Positions 36,193 to 45,471 of a stretch of 64,000 nucleotides of DNA are shown piece after piece. The notes beneath the pieces were generated by a model. It made no database searches. It was not told the origin of the DNA and saw only the letters and a list, made by a program, of their open reading frames with translations. The stretch is from a virus (Duplodnaviria; Heunggongvirae; Uroviricota; Caudoviricetes). Position numbers and translations under genes: made by a program. The DNA lies in the IMG/VR virus record IMGVR_UViG_3300013800_000004, positions 64,001-128,000 of that record; one strand, given 5' to 3'. Within the stretch, counting starts at the first letter, position 1. Each line of letters begins with the position of its first letter.

Positions 36193-39100
36193 CAACACCC
36201 GCCATCCCCAAGAACCCGCTCCTCTACGGCCTGTACAGGTTCTTCCCGCCGTCGGTCTATGGGCCGCCGCCGCAGAACCCGGCGCCCATGGACCTTCACG
36301 GGCAGGTGGACAGGGATCGGGTGAAGTCCTTGGCAGACCAGATTGTCACGGTCTTCCTGAACTCCCTCCCGTCGAACTACGTCTCGCAGACCAAGGGCCC
36401 GTACTACGTCCAGCAGTTCATGGCCGCGGCGGAGGAGCTTGCCCGGGTGCAAGTTCTCCTCAACGACGCCTACGAGGACACAGACTACGACTTCACCCGG
36501 CCCGAGGTGCTGTTTCAGTTCCTTGCTACCCTGGTGTTCCCGGACTCGGCTAATGCGGGACTGCCCCAAATCGACGGGGACATCACATACCGGGAGTTCC
36601 TCAAGCGCATGGTGGCTCTGCTTCTCCAAGGAAGCACGGCTGTCACCCTGGTGGAGGGTGTCGAGGCCCTCACCGATGCCACCGTCTCGCTCCTGGAGAA
36701 GTTCAGGTACTTGAGTGATCCAGGAGTGCTCTGGACCATGGCAGACCAGTTCACCTTCGAGGTGGACGTCTCCAAGTTCAAGCGCACTGGACCGACGACT
36801 GCGCTCCTGGTCACCACCCACTACCACACCGTCACGGTCAGCGTGACGGGGGAGGGCGTGACGGGGGAGGGCGTGTACGCCGCGGGTACCGGACCCGCCC
36901 ACACTCACACCATTACGAACTTCGTGGTGCAAGAGGGTAATGGGACAGGGCAGAGCGCCCACACCCACGATCTTCTCTCGGACTTTCCTGACCTCCCGAT
37001 CATTCTGCAACGCAACGTGGGGTTGGTTCTCCAGGCTCTTGGCCCAGCAAGCACCCTGTACGAGTACCGCAACCTGTTTCGTGAGAACCTCCGCGGGCTC
37101 GTCACGGACCAAGTGACGCAAGCGGACCTTGAGGCCTACTACTACGAGGACTTCCGCCGGGAGTGGTCGGGTGTGAAATCCATCACCGGCACTGCCGGTG
37201 TGGTGGGTGCCGACAGGTACTTGTTCCAAGACCCTACGGTGTCCTTCCGGTCGGTGAGGGTTGGGTCAGAGCTTGTGGTCCCGGTGACCCCTGCCCCAGC
37301 ACCTTCGTCCCGTCTGCCACGGGAGCACCGGTATCGGGTGAGGTCAGTCCTCTCGTTCCCATACGGGGATGACCCGGTGGCGCGGGCCTACACCACGTCC
37401 CCAACGGGGTTGACGGGTTCCCTCACGGTGTCCGACGGTGCCTTCACAGACACCGGGGTCGACTTCGCTCTGTGCGCAGAGGGTGAGACCCTTACAGTGA
37501 CCACCGGGCCCAATGCCGGGACGTACCTCCTGGAGACCCTTGTGGGGCCCAATGGCGGCCCTGTAGGGGGTGTGGGATTGGGGCCTAGTACATCGGTCCG
37601 TCCTGCCCCGAGCTTCCTCCGGGTGGCCCCACGGATCGCCGCAGCGGGCACTGCCATCGCCTACACAGCGGCAGTGGACCGCCTTGGTGAGCGGACACCG
37701 CAAACAGTCACCAATGAAGACGTGAGCAGTCAGTTCGTGGGGGATGGTGTCGTGACGTTTGACACCATCACCACTGCGTTCGGCCCCCTGGTCAAGGGGT
37801 GGGGGGATGCCACCCCGGCCAGCATCGCAGACGTGACCGTGCTGTATGACGGAGTTGCACAGACGGTGCTCACACTCAACCCGTACACGGGTGAGATCAC
37901 TCTTGCAGCCCCCATCACCAGCTTTGTGCCCTTGGCGCACACGGTGACGGTGAGCTATCAGTGGTTCTCGGTGCCAGTCACCGGGATGGCGGGGCTCAAC
38001 ACCAAGGGACTCACCCTCAACAAGTGGAGCCTCCGCGGGGGTAGGAACACCACTTCGCCCCCCGTGACAAACTACGGGGGTGGCCTCGCATCAACCCGGT
38101 TCCCAATGGGGGTGACCCTTGGCAGGTTCGCTCGGCGGGCCCCCACACTCCAGGTCGCGCACAGGTTTATCGGGTTCGAGAAGGGTTACACCGCCGGGCT
38201 CAACAGCCCGACGACGTTGCTCTTGAATCAGTCGCCGGGGAGGGTGTCTGTTCCGTATGCCACGGCGGACGTAACTCCGCAGAGCTTCCGCTACGAGGGG
38301 GATGCGTTTCCGACCAGCCCCTGGGTGTCCTTCGGTGGGGTGCAGGGGCTCGTCAACGGCGAGTTCTACACGTTGGTCGACAATGTGCCCACTGAGGCGG
38401 CTTATTGGAAGCGTGACTTCCCATTGCCCACCTCTGCCAATGTCTCGATGGCGGCACGCATCCAGGTGACCTTGTATGAGCCGGATGGGGTGTTCACGGG
38501 GGTGGGGTTCGGGTTCCACAACAACCAGCGATTGTTCTTCGCGGGTGCCCTCACGGTAACCAATCCAGTGACGGGCGCCGCACTCCGTCACGTCGGAGTG
38601 CTCCAGCGTCCTGGAAAGCTCTCAGAACTGTCATCTTGGACGGTGGGGCCGAATGCCTTTGGTCAGGTGCTCAAGCCCGAGACCGGCGCGACGTTTGGGA
38701 CGGTCAGTGTGCCGACCACGACCCTCCCCACCCTGTTGAGCGCGGGGGACAAGTTCCAGGTGCTTGATGGCACGCAGACTGGAGTGTACACGATCACGGA
38801 CATGTACCAGTCCAGGACGGGCAACACGTTCCTGGTGGTTTCCCCGATGTTCCCGGCGGACCCGGAACTCTACGGCAACCGGGACGTGACTCTGTACTTT
38901 GACACAGGCTGGGACGACGGCCTGTGCACATGGCGTCTCTACGCCAACACTCGAAGCCAGTCGGTGTCGCTGGTGTTCGGTGGGAAGTCCGGGTCATCCA
39001 CCGCAGTTACGTCTGGGACCGTGGCATCCCCAGCGTACCTGGGGCCAGATATTCTCCCAGAGGGCTACGGTCGCGCACTCTGGGGATCTATTGACCGTCT

Positions 39101-41486
39101 TGCCACGAACACCTCTGTGTGGGATTTCGTGCGGTGTGCATCGACCCCAGATGGAGCCTACACGTTCTCGCGTGGCACCGTGGTGGACATCCCTGGGTCA
39201 GGCGACCCTGAGGACGGTGACTGGTACCTCAGGACACCCTTCGGCGTCTCCACAAGGGTCGGCGGAACTCTCATCATCAACAGCACCCCGGCTGACGGTG
39301 CGCTGGGTACGTCCTATGGCTACGGGTACACGGACCCCTTCCTCAATGGTCGACGGGTGTGCGCCCTCGACGCCAAGATCGGGGTAGATCGAGACACAGC
39401 GGGGACGGGGGGCGCCACGATGGTTCTCCGGGACACCCACCGTGAGGTCCGCCTCGCTACCCTCAGGTACAGGGATGACGGCGCGCTCGGCAAGGTCGTC
39501 CAACGGCTGGACACCGTGTCCCTGGTGGGATCGGTGCCGTACTACCTTCAAGGGTGGGATGGGAGTGTGGGTGACCATGCCTTCCCGAATGGCCCCGAGA
39601 TGATCCTCACGGGGGATGGTCTGGCACCGTGGGACATGACACGGGTTCTCACCCCGTACTACTCGCCGTGCGTGGGACGGTTCTTGGAGTTCCAACTGTC
39701 CGTCTCCGAGTACACCTACGGGGGGGCGAGCAGCACGGGACTTGTGTTCGCTGCGGACTTTGGCGCTGTTGCCGTCTACATGGAGTTCCGCAGCAACGGG
39801 GTTGTGATGACCACCGCCCCTGGAGCAGGTGCCATCGCCATTGTGGGCATCCCTTGGACGGATGGCGTGAAGCGCACCTACCGGCTGGAGTACAACGCCA
39901 CTGCCGCGATCGTCACCGTATCGGTGGATTATGTGATTGGTGCCGTCACCGCACTGGGTGCCTACCTCCCGTCCACCCTCTCGGGGAGTGTGGTCGTCAT
40001 GGATGCCATGTCTGGTGGGTCGTTCACCGCGGCACTCAGCGGGCTCTGCTACGGGGGGACAGAAGAGACCATCGCGGGCCTCCACCGCACCATTGGCCTG
40101 TTCAAGGGCGGTGATGAGAGTGACCTGGACAACTGGGCGGTTGCCCGAACAGACGGGCTCAACGTCCCCAACAGTGCCCCAACCTCGGTCATCACAGAGA
40201 TGGACTGGCGGTCCCAGTGCTGGGTTCGAGTGTTTCTCGACCCAACCTACGGTGCGAGCCTCATCCGTCCTGACCTTGCCCCTCCGCCCGGGTACACGGG
40301 AGACTTCGCCACACAGTCGATGGACCCGACCGCAGGATGGGTGGGTGTCGAGTACCCAAGCCTCCCCCGCACCACTCCTGTAGAGCAGTTCGGGTCCGTG
40401 GCCTTTGGTGCCCTGAATCCCACCGGGTCGGTGATCTCCGTGTGGGATGACGTGCGCTACCGGGTGTTCACGAACACCTCGGTGGACTACACGGCACCCC
40501 AAGGCATGGTCCTCAACCGCTGGAACGTGATCAACAGCGGAGAGTTCCTCAAGGACACCACCCCCCAGGAGGTGGTGGTGTCAAGCGTGACGACTACAAG
40601 GGTGTCCCTCCGTCCGTGCCACATCTTCGCAGATAGGGTGTTCGCCGTGCGTGTGGGGGGCGCCACCCTCCCGACGAACCTCTGGCGGTTCAACCGGGAT
40701 AGCCAAGAGATCACCTTGGTGGTGGGTGTCCCGTCTCGGGGCTACCCTGTGAACGTGGTGTTTGCACCGGGCAAGCCCGTCACCACCACGTACCTCCAGA
40801 CGCAGCCCATTGAGGAGTCGCAGACCCTCCTCAACGAGGGCACGCCCCCAATCCAGATGTCCCAGACGGGCACCTTCACGGTGTCCACGGTGTCTGGCGA
40901 CGGTGGGCTGACACCCGCGTTTCCTCCCGCGGTGCCAGCGGACCCAGACTACTTCCTCCGGGACCAGTACTTGGTGCGCTCGTTCGAGAACACCGAGATG
41001 TACGAGCAGCTGGAGTTCTTCCAGCTTGGCAACGGTGGCGCCACCGGCCGGATTGCCTCGTACCAGGACGGACCGGGCCTGGGTGAGGGCGTCCGCGATG
41101 TCACCCTCACGGGGGATGTCCTCCGAGACAGCTACGCCGGGATGGGCGCTGCCCAGCGTGGACGCGGACCCGGGTTGTACCCCATGTCCCTCATGGCGTC
41201 GGGCGACAGCTTCAACGGTGGCGAGCTTGGCACCTACCGATTCACCGACGTGGTGGTGACCGGTGCCGGGTCTTACGAGGTCACCCGGCCCTTCTCGGGG
41301 ACGGCGCCCACCACCACAGAGGCCGTCCCCCCGATGCTGTACGCCGTGAGCCCCTCCGAGGGTGCCGTGCGCGGGACCGACACGGGGGCCATCAACCGGG
41401 AGACCCTGTTCGTCCTGCACGAGCTCCCCGCACCCGGGACCGTCACCGTGTGGACCGGGGGGAGCATCCGTCAGACCTGGGGTTGA
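36189..41486 (+). CDS. 1765-aa baseplate/tail structural protein
   Basis: Follows baseplate J; beta-rich T/V/G composition; N-terminal YREFLKRMVALLLQGST segment. Confidence 0.7.
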   Translation: MTTPAIPKNPLLYGLYRFFPPSVYGPPPQNPAPMDLHGQVDRDRVKSLADQIVTVFLNSLPSNYVSQTKGPYYVQQFMAAAEELARVQVLLNDAYEDTDYDFTRPEVLFQFLATLVFPDSANAGLPQIDGDITYREFLKRMVALLLQGSTAVTLVEGVEALTDATVSLLEKFRYLSDPGVLWTMADQFTFEVDVSKFKRTGPTTALLVTTHYHTVTVSVTGEGVTGEGVYAAGTGPAHTHTITNFVVQEGNGTGQSAHTHDLLSDFPDLPIILQRNVGLVLQALGPASTLYEYRNLFRENLRGLVTDQVTQADLEAYYYEDFRREWSGVKSITGTAGVVGADRYLFQDPTVSFRSVRVGSELVVPVTPAPAPSSRLPREHRYRVRSVLSFPYGDDPVARAYTTSPTGLTGSLTVSDGAFTDTGVDFALCAEGETLTVTTGPNAGTYLLETLVGPNGGPVGGVGLGPSTSVRPAPSFLRVAPRIAAAGTAIAYTAAVDRLGERTPQTVTNEDVSSQFVGDGVVTFDTITTAFGPLVKGWGDATPASIADVTVLYDGVAQTVLTLNPYTGEITLAAPITSFVPLAHTVTVSYQWFSVPVTGMAGLNTKGLTLNKWSLRGGRNTTSPPVTNYGGGLASTRFPMGVTLGRFARRAPTLQVAHRFIGFEKGYTAGLNSPTTLLLNQSPGRVSVPYATADVTPQSFRYEGDAFPTSPWVSFGGVQGLVNGEFYTLVDNVPTEAAYWKRDFPLPTSANVSMAARIQVTLYEPDGVFTGVGFGFHNNQRLFFAGALTVTNPVTGAALRHVGVLQRPGKLSELSSWTVGPNAFGQVLKPETGATFGTVSVPTTTLPTLLSAGDKFQVLDGTQTGVYTITDMYQSRTGNTFLVVSPMFPADPELYGNRDVTLYFDTGWDDGLCTWRLYANTRSQSVSLVFGGKSGSSTAVTSGTVASPAYLGPDILPEGYGRALWGSIDRLATNTSVWDFVRCASTPDGAYTFSRGTVVDIPGSGDPEDGDWYLRTPFGVSTRVGGTLIINSTPADGALGTSYGYGYTDPFLNGRRVCALDAKIGVDRDTAGTGGATMVLRDTHREVRLATLRYRDDGALGKVVQRLDTVSLVGSVPYYLQGWDGSVGDHAFPNGPEMILTGDGLAPWDMTRVLTPYYSPCVGRFLEFQLSVSEYTYGGASSTGLVFAADFGAVAVYMEFRSNGVVMTTAPGAGAIAIVGIPWTDGVKRTYRLEYNATAAIVTVSVDYVIGAVTALGAYLPSTLSGSVVVMDAMSGGSFTAALSGLCYGGTEETIAGLHRTIGLFKGGDESDLDNWAVARTDGLNVPNSAPTSVITEMDWRSQCWVRVFLDPTYGASLIRPDLAPPPGYTGDFATQSMDPTAGWVGVEYPSLPRTTPVEQFGSVAFGALNPTGSVISVWDDVRYRVFTNTSVDYTAPQGMVLNRWNVINSGEFLKDTTPQEVVVSSVTTTRVSLRPCHIFADRVFAVRVGGATLPTNLWRFNRDSQEITLVVGVPSRGYPVNVVFAPGKPVTTTYLQTQPIEESQTLLNEGTPPIQMSQTGTFTVSTVSGDGGLTPAFPPAVPADPDYFLRDQYLVRSFENTEMYEQLEFFQLGNGGATGRIASYQDGPGLGEGVRDVTLTGDVLRDSYAGMGAAQRGRGPGLYPMSLMASGDSFNGGELGTYRFTDVVVTGAGSYEVTRPFSGTAPTTTEAVPPMLYAVSPSEGAVRGTDTGAINRETLFVLHELPAPGTVTVWTGGSIRQTWG

Positions 41487-41510
41487 CCGTCCTATACCCC
41501 GCCCTGGGGT

Positions 41511-42335
41511 ATGAGCTCCCTGCGGTCTCGGGTGATCCGTCTCGCCCACGACAACCCACCCCTCCGACCCCACCTCCTCCCCCTACTCGCCAAGACCGCC
41601 GCCAAGGGATTCAACCCGGCCCACTACGGGTTGGAGGGGCTCCTCAACGGCGAGCCCACCACCCTGTTCCACGGCACCACCGCGAGCTTCAAGGCGTTTG
41701 ACCTGTCCCACAGTCGGGACGAGCTTGTGGACCAGTACTACGGTCGGGGGATCTTCCTCACGCCGTCCAAGAACGTCGCAGAGCGGTACGCGAACGCCAA
41801 CCGGAACATGGGCCTCCCCCAGTCTGTGATCGGTGACCTCAAGCGTGCGAACCCAAACGCAGGGGAGTTTCTCCAGGCCCTCTTCGACCATGGGCGTGAT
41901 GCCTGGGAGATGTTCTCCAGCAAGCACAACCTGGAGATAGGAGACCTTGGGGAGCACCTGGGTGTGGACGGGAACACCCTGATGGACCTCTCACAGCACA
42001 TCATCGGGACCAAGTACAACAACTCTCGGGGACCGGACCAACTGGAGGAGCTCATGGGCGTGTTTCAGCCCTCCGCCACGGGTTCGCCTGACTGGGTGTA
42101 CGACAACCTTGACGAGATTGGTCTCGATTCCAACGTGTACCGCCCCAAGGTGTACACCGTGGTGGTGAAGGTCGAAAACCCTCTGGTCACGGCGAGCAGG
42201 TCCGAAGCCCGTCGTGCCCGGCAGAAGAAGTATGACAGCGTGGTCTACCACGGTGCGGACTTGGTCGGTGGAGTCCCCGAAGTCGCCGTCTACGACCCCC
42301 GCAAGGTGCGTATCATCCACGTTGAAGCCGTGTGA
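41511..42335 (+). CDS. ADP-ribosyltransferase-like protein (ART-PolyVal-like) with N-terminal LR..IRLA..P.LRP module
   Basis: LFHGT...F..FD...YGRGIFLT...AERYA...VENPL...YDSVV...PEVAVYDP. Confidence 0.7.
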   Translation: MSSLRSRVIRLAHDNPPLRPHLLPLLAKTAAKGFNPAHYGLEGLLNGEPTTLFHGTTASFKAFDLSHSRDELVDQYYGRGIFLTPSKNVAERYANANRNMGLPQSVIGDLKRANPNAGEFLQALFDHGRDAWEMFSSKHNLEIGDLGEHLGVDGNTLMDLSQHIIGTKYNNSRGPDQLEELMGVFQPSATGSPDWVYDNLDEIGLDSNVYRPKVYTVVVKVENPLVTASRSEARRARQKKYDSVVYHGADLVGGVPEVAVYDPRKVRIIHVEAV

Positions 42336-42371
42336 GGTTCAGGGTTTTCGGGCTATCACTGCGAGGATGAC

Positions 42372-42560
42372 ATGAGGCACAGCGACAAGGTCCAGGCTCC
42401 CCAGGAATCCATGAAGATGGGGCTGGCCGTAGGCATGGAGGATGGGACACGGGCCCTCAAGGGCACATACATCGTCCACCTGGAGGATTCGGACACGGGG
42501 GAAGTTCTCCACCACTCGGAGCACCAGATGCAGGCCCGGGAGCCCCATGGCGTTCAATAG
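42372..42560 (+). pseudogene. orphaned 5' fragment of the tail gene at 43344
   Basis: KGTYIVHLEDSDTGEVLHH matches SGEYIFHLEDATTGEVLAH; CTAT motif 15 nt upstream. Confidence 0.65.
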
Positions 42561-43356
42561 GCCCCACACGGAAGAGGAGCGGGCAAGGGTTTCAGCCGCA
42601 ATGAAACTGGCCTACGCAGAGGGGCGGAAGCAGCCAGTTCGCACACAACATCGGAAAGGGATCAAGCTCACTGATGCCCAGAAGGCTCAGATCAGCGCCA
42701 CCTTGGTCTCCGGTCATCATGTACCTTGGAACAAGGGCGCGGAAATGGGGCCGAGGCCTGAGTCCGTGCGTCAGCAAATCTCTGCTACCTTGACGGGTAT
42801 GTCCAAGCCTGTCGCACCTGAGAAGGCCACGACATGGAAGGCAAGGATCTCTGCCAGCAAGAAGGGAAAGACCCAGTCAACGGAGTCTAACGAGAAACGG
42901 TCGGCTGGGATGCTCAAAGCCTATGCTGAAGGCCGGAAGGTAGTGTCTGCCAAGTCCGGTTATGGAAAGCGGGTGCCCTACCTGTCACCATTTCAAGGGA
43001 CAGTAACTCTCCGATCCACGTCCGAGCTACAGCGGGCGCAGGAGCTAGATGCTCTGAACCTCGTGTGGTTCTACGAGGTTCAGAGGTTCCGTGTCACTCG
43101 CGGCACTCGCAATCACACCTACACCCCTGATTTCTGGGTTGTTCCCGGAGTGCTCCGGTCCGATGTCCCTGAAGACTTCCAAGCCTACCTCAAGAGCCTT
43201 CCAGTATCTGCGGTAGACATTGAGGACGTGAAGGGGTGGTGGGGGCCTAAGCATCGGACGTACGCCAAGATCCAGGCATTTCAGGAGCAGTACCCGGAAC
43301 TGCGGTTTCAGATTGTTCAACGAGATGGTAGCAGGAGCCCGACATGTCTGACTTGA
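42547..43356 (+). mobile_element. free-standing endonuclease: NUMOD3-like repeats plus PD-(D/E)xK domain
   Basis: PHTEEERARVSAAM and QSTESNEKRSAGM repeats; LRSTSELQRA...WFYE...YTPDFWV...IEDVKG. Confidence 0.8.
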
Positions 43357-43949
43357 TCACGATCCCGACGCACAAGGTATCCGGGGAGTACATCTTCCAC
43401 CTGGAAGATGCCACTACCGGAGAGGTTCTTGCGCATTTCCACCGAAAAAATCTTGTCACACTCGACGGTGGGGTGCTTGTGATGATCAACCTTGCCTCGG
43501 GTGCCACCCCTGTACCGCCCAACCAGCGTGGACTCACCATGCTGGCCGTCGGGACGGGTGCAACGGGTCCGGTCCTCAACCCAGACGCCCCGGACCCCCG
43601 GCAGCGCGCGCTGAACGCCGAGATCGCCCGCAAGCCCTTCTCATCCACGGTGTTTCGCAACTCGGTGGGGGCGGCGGTGGCCTACCCCACCAACGTGTGC
43701 GACTTCACGGTGACCTTCGGGGTGGGGGAGGCCGTGGGGCCGCTCAACGAGATGGGGCTGGTCCGCACCATCTCCCTCAACCCTGCCACGCTGAACCCTG
43801 TCCCTGCGGTGTTCCCCACGTATGACGCGACGGTGGACCTCTCCCTCTTCGACATCCTCGCCAACTACACCACCATGGGACAGGGGACGGGGCCCATCGG
43901 GAAGCCCACCAACTCGGTGCTCACGATCACTTGGAGGCTGAGTTCCTGA
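43344..43949 (+). CDS. tail/baseplate structural protein (tail-collar-fibre-like)
   Basis: KNLVTLDG, LAVGTG, ALNAEIARK, FGVGEAVGPLNEMGL, TITWRL. Confidence 0.65.
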   Translation: MSDLITIPTHKVSGEYIFHLEDATTGEVLAHFHRKNLVTLDGGVLVMINLASGATPVPPNQRGLTMLAVGTGATGPVLNPDAPDPRQRALNAEIARKPFSSTVFRNSVGAAVAYPTNVCDFTVTFGVGEAVGPLNEMGLVRTISLNPATLNPVPAVFPTYDATVDLSLFDILANYTTMGQGTGPIGKPTNSVLTITWRLSS

Positions 43950-44095
43950 CTCTAACTTGGGACGGTGAACTCACCGTAGAGGAGGCCCCCCGTTTGCCAT
44001 TCGCGAATGGCGGACACCACGACGTAACAGGTTGATTTCTCAACACAAGGGTCGCCACACATGGTGCCCCTGACCCCCAAACCGTGCGAGTCAGA

Positions 44096-45424
44096 ATGCC
44101 CCTCAACGACAAATTGTATGTCCTGGACACCAGCGTCCTCGTCCACGACCCCGAGGCCCTCCGCAACTTTCGGGACACCAGTGTCGCCGTCCCCCTTTTC
44201 GTGGTGATGGAGCTCGATGACCTGAAGGTGAGCCCTCGATACGAGGTGGCGTCGTCTGCCCGGCAAGCGTCTCGAAGGATCTCGGACATTGTGGCCCTCG
44301 GGGACGTGAACAACCCGAATGGGATTCATGACCCCAAGACCAGGAGCACCTTCTACATGGTGGGTCAGGAGACCCACTTTGAGAGCATCGAAAACACCAC
44401 CCTCTCTCGGAAGATGGACCTTCTCATTCTGGGTGAGGCCCTCATCCTTCAGAGTCGGTTCACCCACATGAAGGTGGTCCTGGTCACCAAGGACGTGAAC
44501 CTCCGCATCCTGGCAACGGCGAAGGGTCTCCGGGCTGAGGATTACCGCAAGGATCGGGTGGACGCCAACGACATCCCCACGGGTCTCCACAAGGTGGCCT
44601 TGGACGATCCTGATGCCCTCCAGTCGCTGTACGGTAGGGAGCCACCCGCGACGGTAGACGGGGTGGACCTCTCTGGAGTGAAGCCAAACGAGTTCCTGAA
44701 GTTCTCGGACGGGCAGATGTTCCGCTGGACGGGCACCTCCCTGCGGCCCACCCCCAAGGCTCACAAGCTCAAGTTTGAGCCCCGGAACGACGGCCAGCGC
44801 ATGGCGATGGACCTCCTCATGGACCCCAAGGTCAGTCTGGTCATCCTGATCGGGCCTGCTGGGGTGGGCAAGACCATTTTCGGGCTGATGTGTGGCCTCC
44901 ACCAGCTTGGTGCCCACTATGACAGAATCATCCTGTCCAAGCCGGTGGTGCCGATGGGCCGTGAGCTTGGGTTCCTCCCCGGCTCGGAGTCAGAGAAGCT
45001 CCATCCGTGGATGATGAGCTTCTTCGACAACCTGGACCAGATCCTGACCACCGACAAGAAGGACAACGCTCGCAAGGGCGTCAAGGAGCGGAACTGGGAA
45101 CAGCTTCTGGAGTCGGGTCAGGTCGAGATCCAGCCCCTACACACCATCCGTGGCCGTTCCATCCCACGGGCGTTCATCTTGGCGGACGAGATCCAGAACG
45201 CAACCCCGCATGAGGTCAAGACCATGGTGTCCCGTGCGGCCACGGGCACCAAGGTGGTCCTGTGTGGCGACCCTTCGCAGATCGACGACCCGTTCCTGGA
45301 TGCCTTCACCAACGGCCTCGTGCACGCGGCCAAGGTCACCCGAGACTCGCTTATTTCGGGAGTCGTGTATCTTGGTGAGGGTGTTCGCAGCCCCCTCGCG
45401 GACCTTGCAGCCAAGTCCCTGTAG
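44096..45424 (+). CDS. phoH: PIN-PhoH (PhoH2/YlaK-type) protein
   Basis: YVLDTSVLVHDP...ELDDLK...TKDVNLRI (PIN); GPAGVGKT, IRGRSI, DEIQN, GDPSQID (PhoH). Confidence 0.92.
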   Translation: MPLNDKLYVLDTSVLVHDPEALRNFRDTSVAVPLFVVMELDDLKVSPRYEVASSARQASRRISDIVALGDVNNPNGIHDPKTRSTFYMVGQETHFESIENTTLSRKMDLLILGEALILQSRFTHMKVVLVTKDVNLRILATAKGLRAEDYRKDRVDANDIPTGLHKVALDDPDALQSLYGREPPATVDGVDLSGVKPNEFLKFSDGQMFRWTGTSLRPTPKAHKLKFEPRNDGQRMAMDLLMDPKVSLVILIGPAGVGKTIFGLMCGLHQLGAHYDRIILSKPVVPMGRELGFLPGSESEKLHPWMMSFFDNLDQILTTDKKDNARKGVKERNWEQLLESGQVEIQPLHTIRGRSIPRAFILADEIQNATPHEVKTMVSRAATGTKVVLCGDPSQIDDPFLDAFTNGLVHAAKVTRDSLISGVVYLGEGVRSPLADLAAKSL

Positions 45425-45471
45425 GGTTCTGGCGGCTAAAGCGCCTATCCTTTAGGAACTAGGGAACCACG

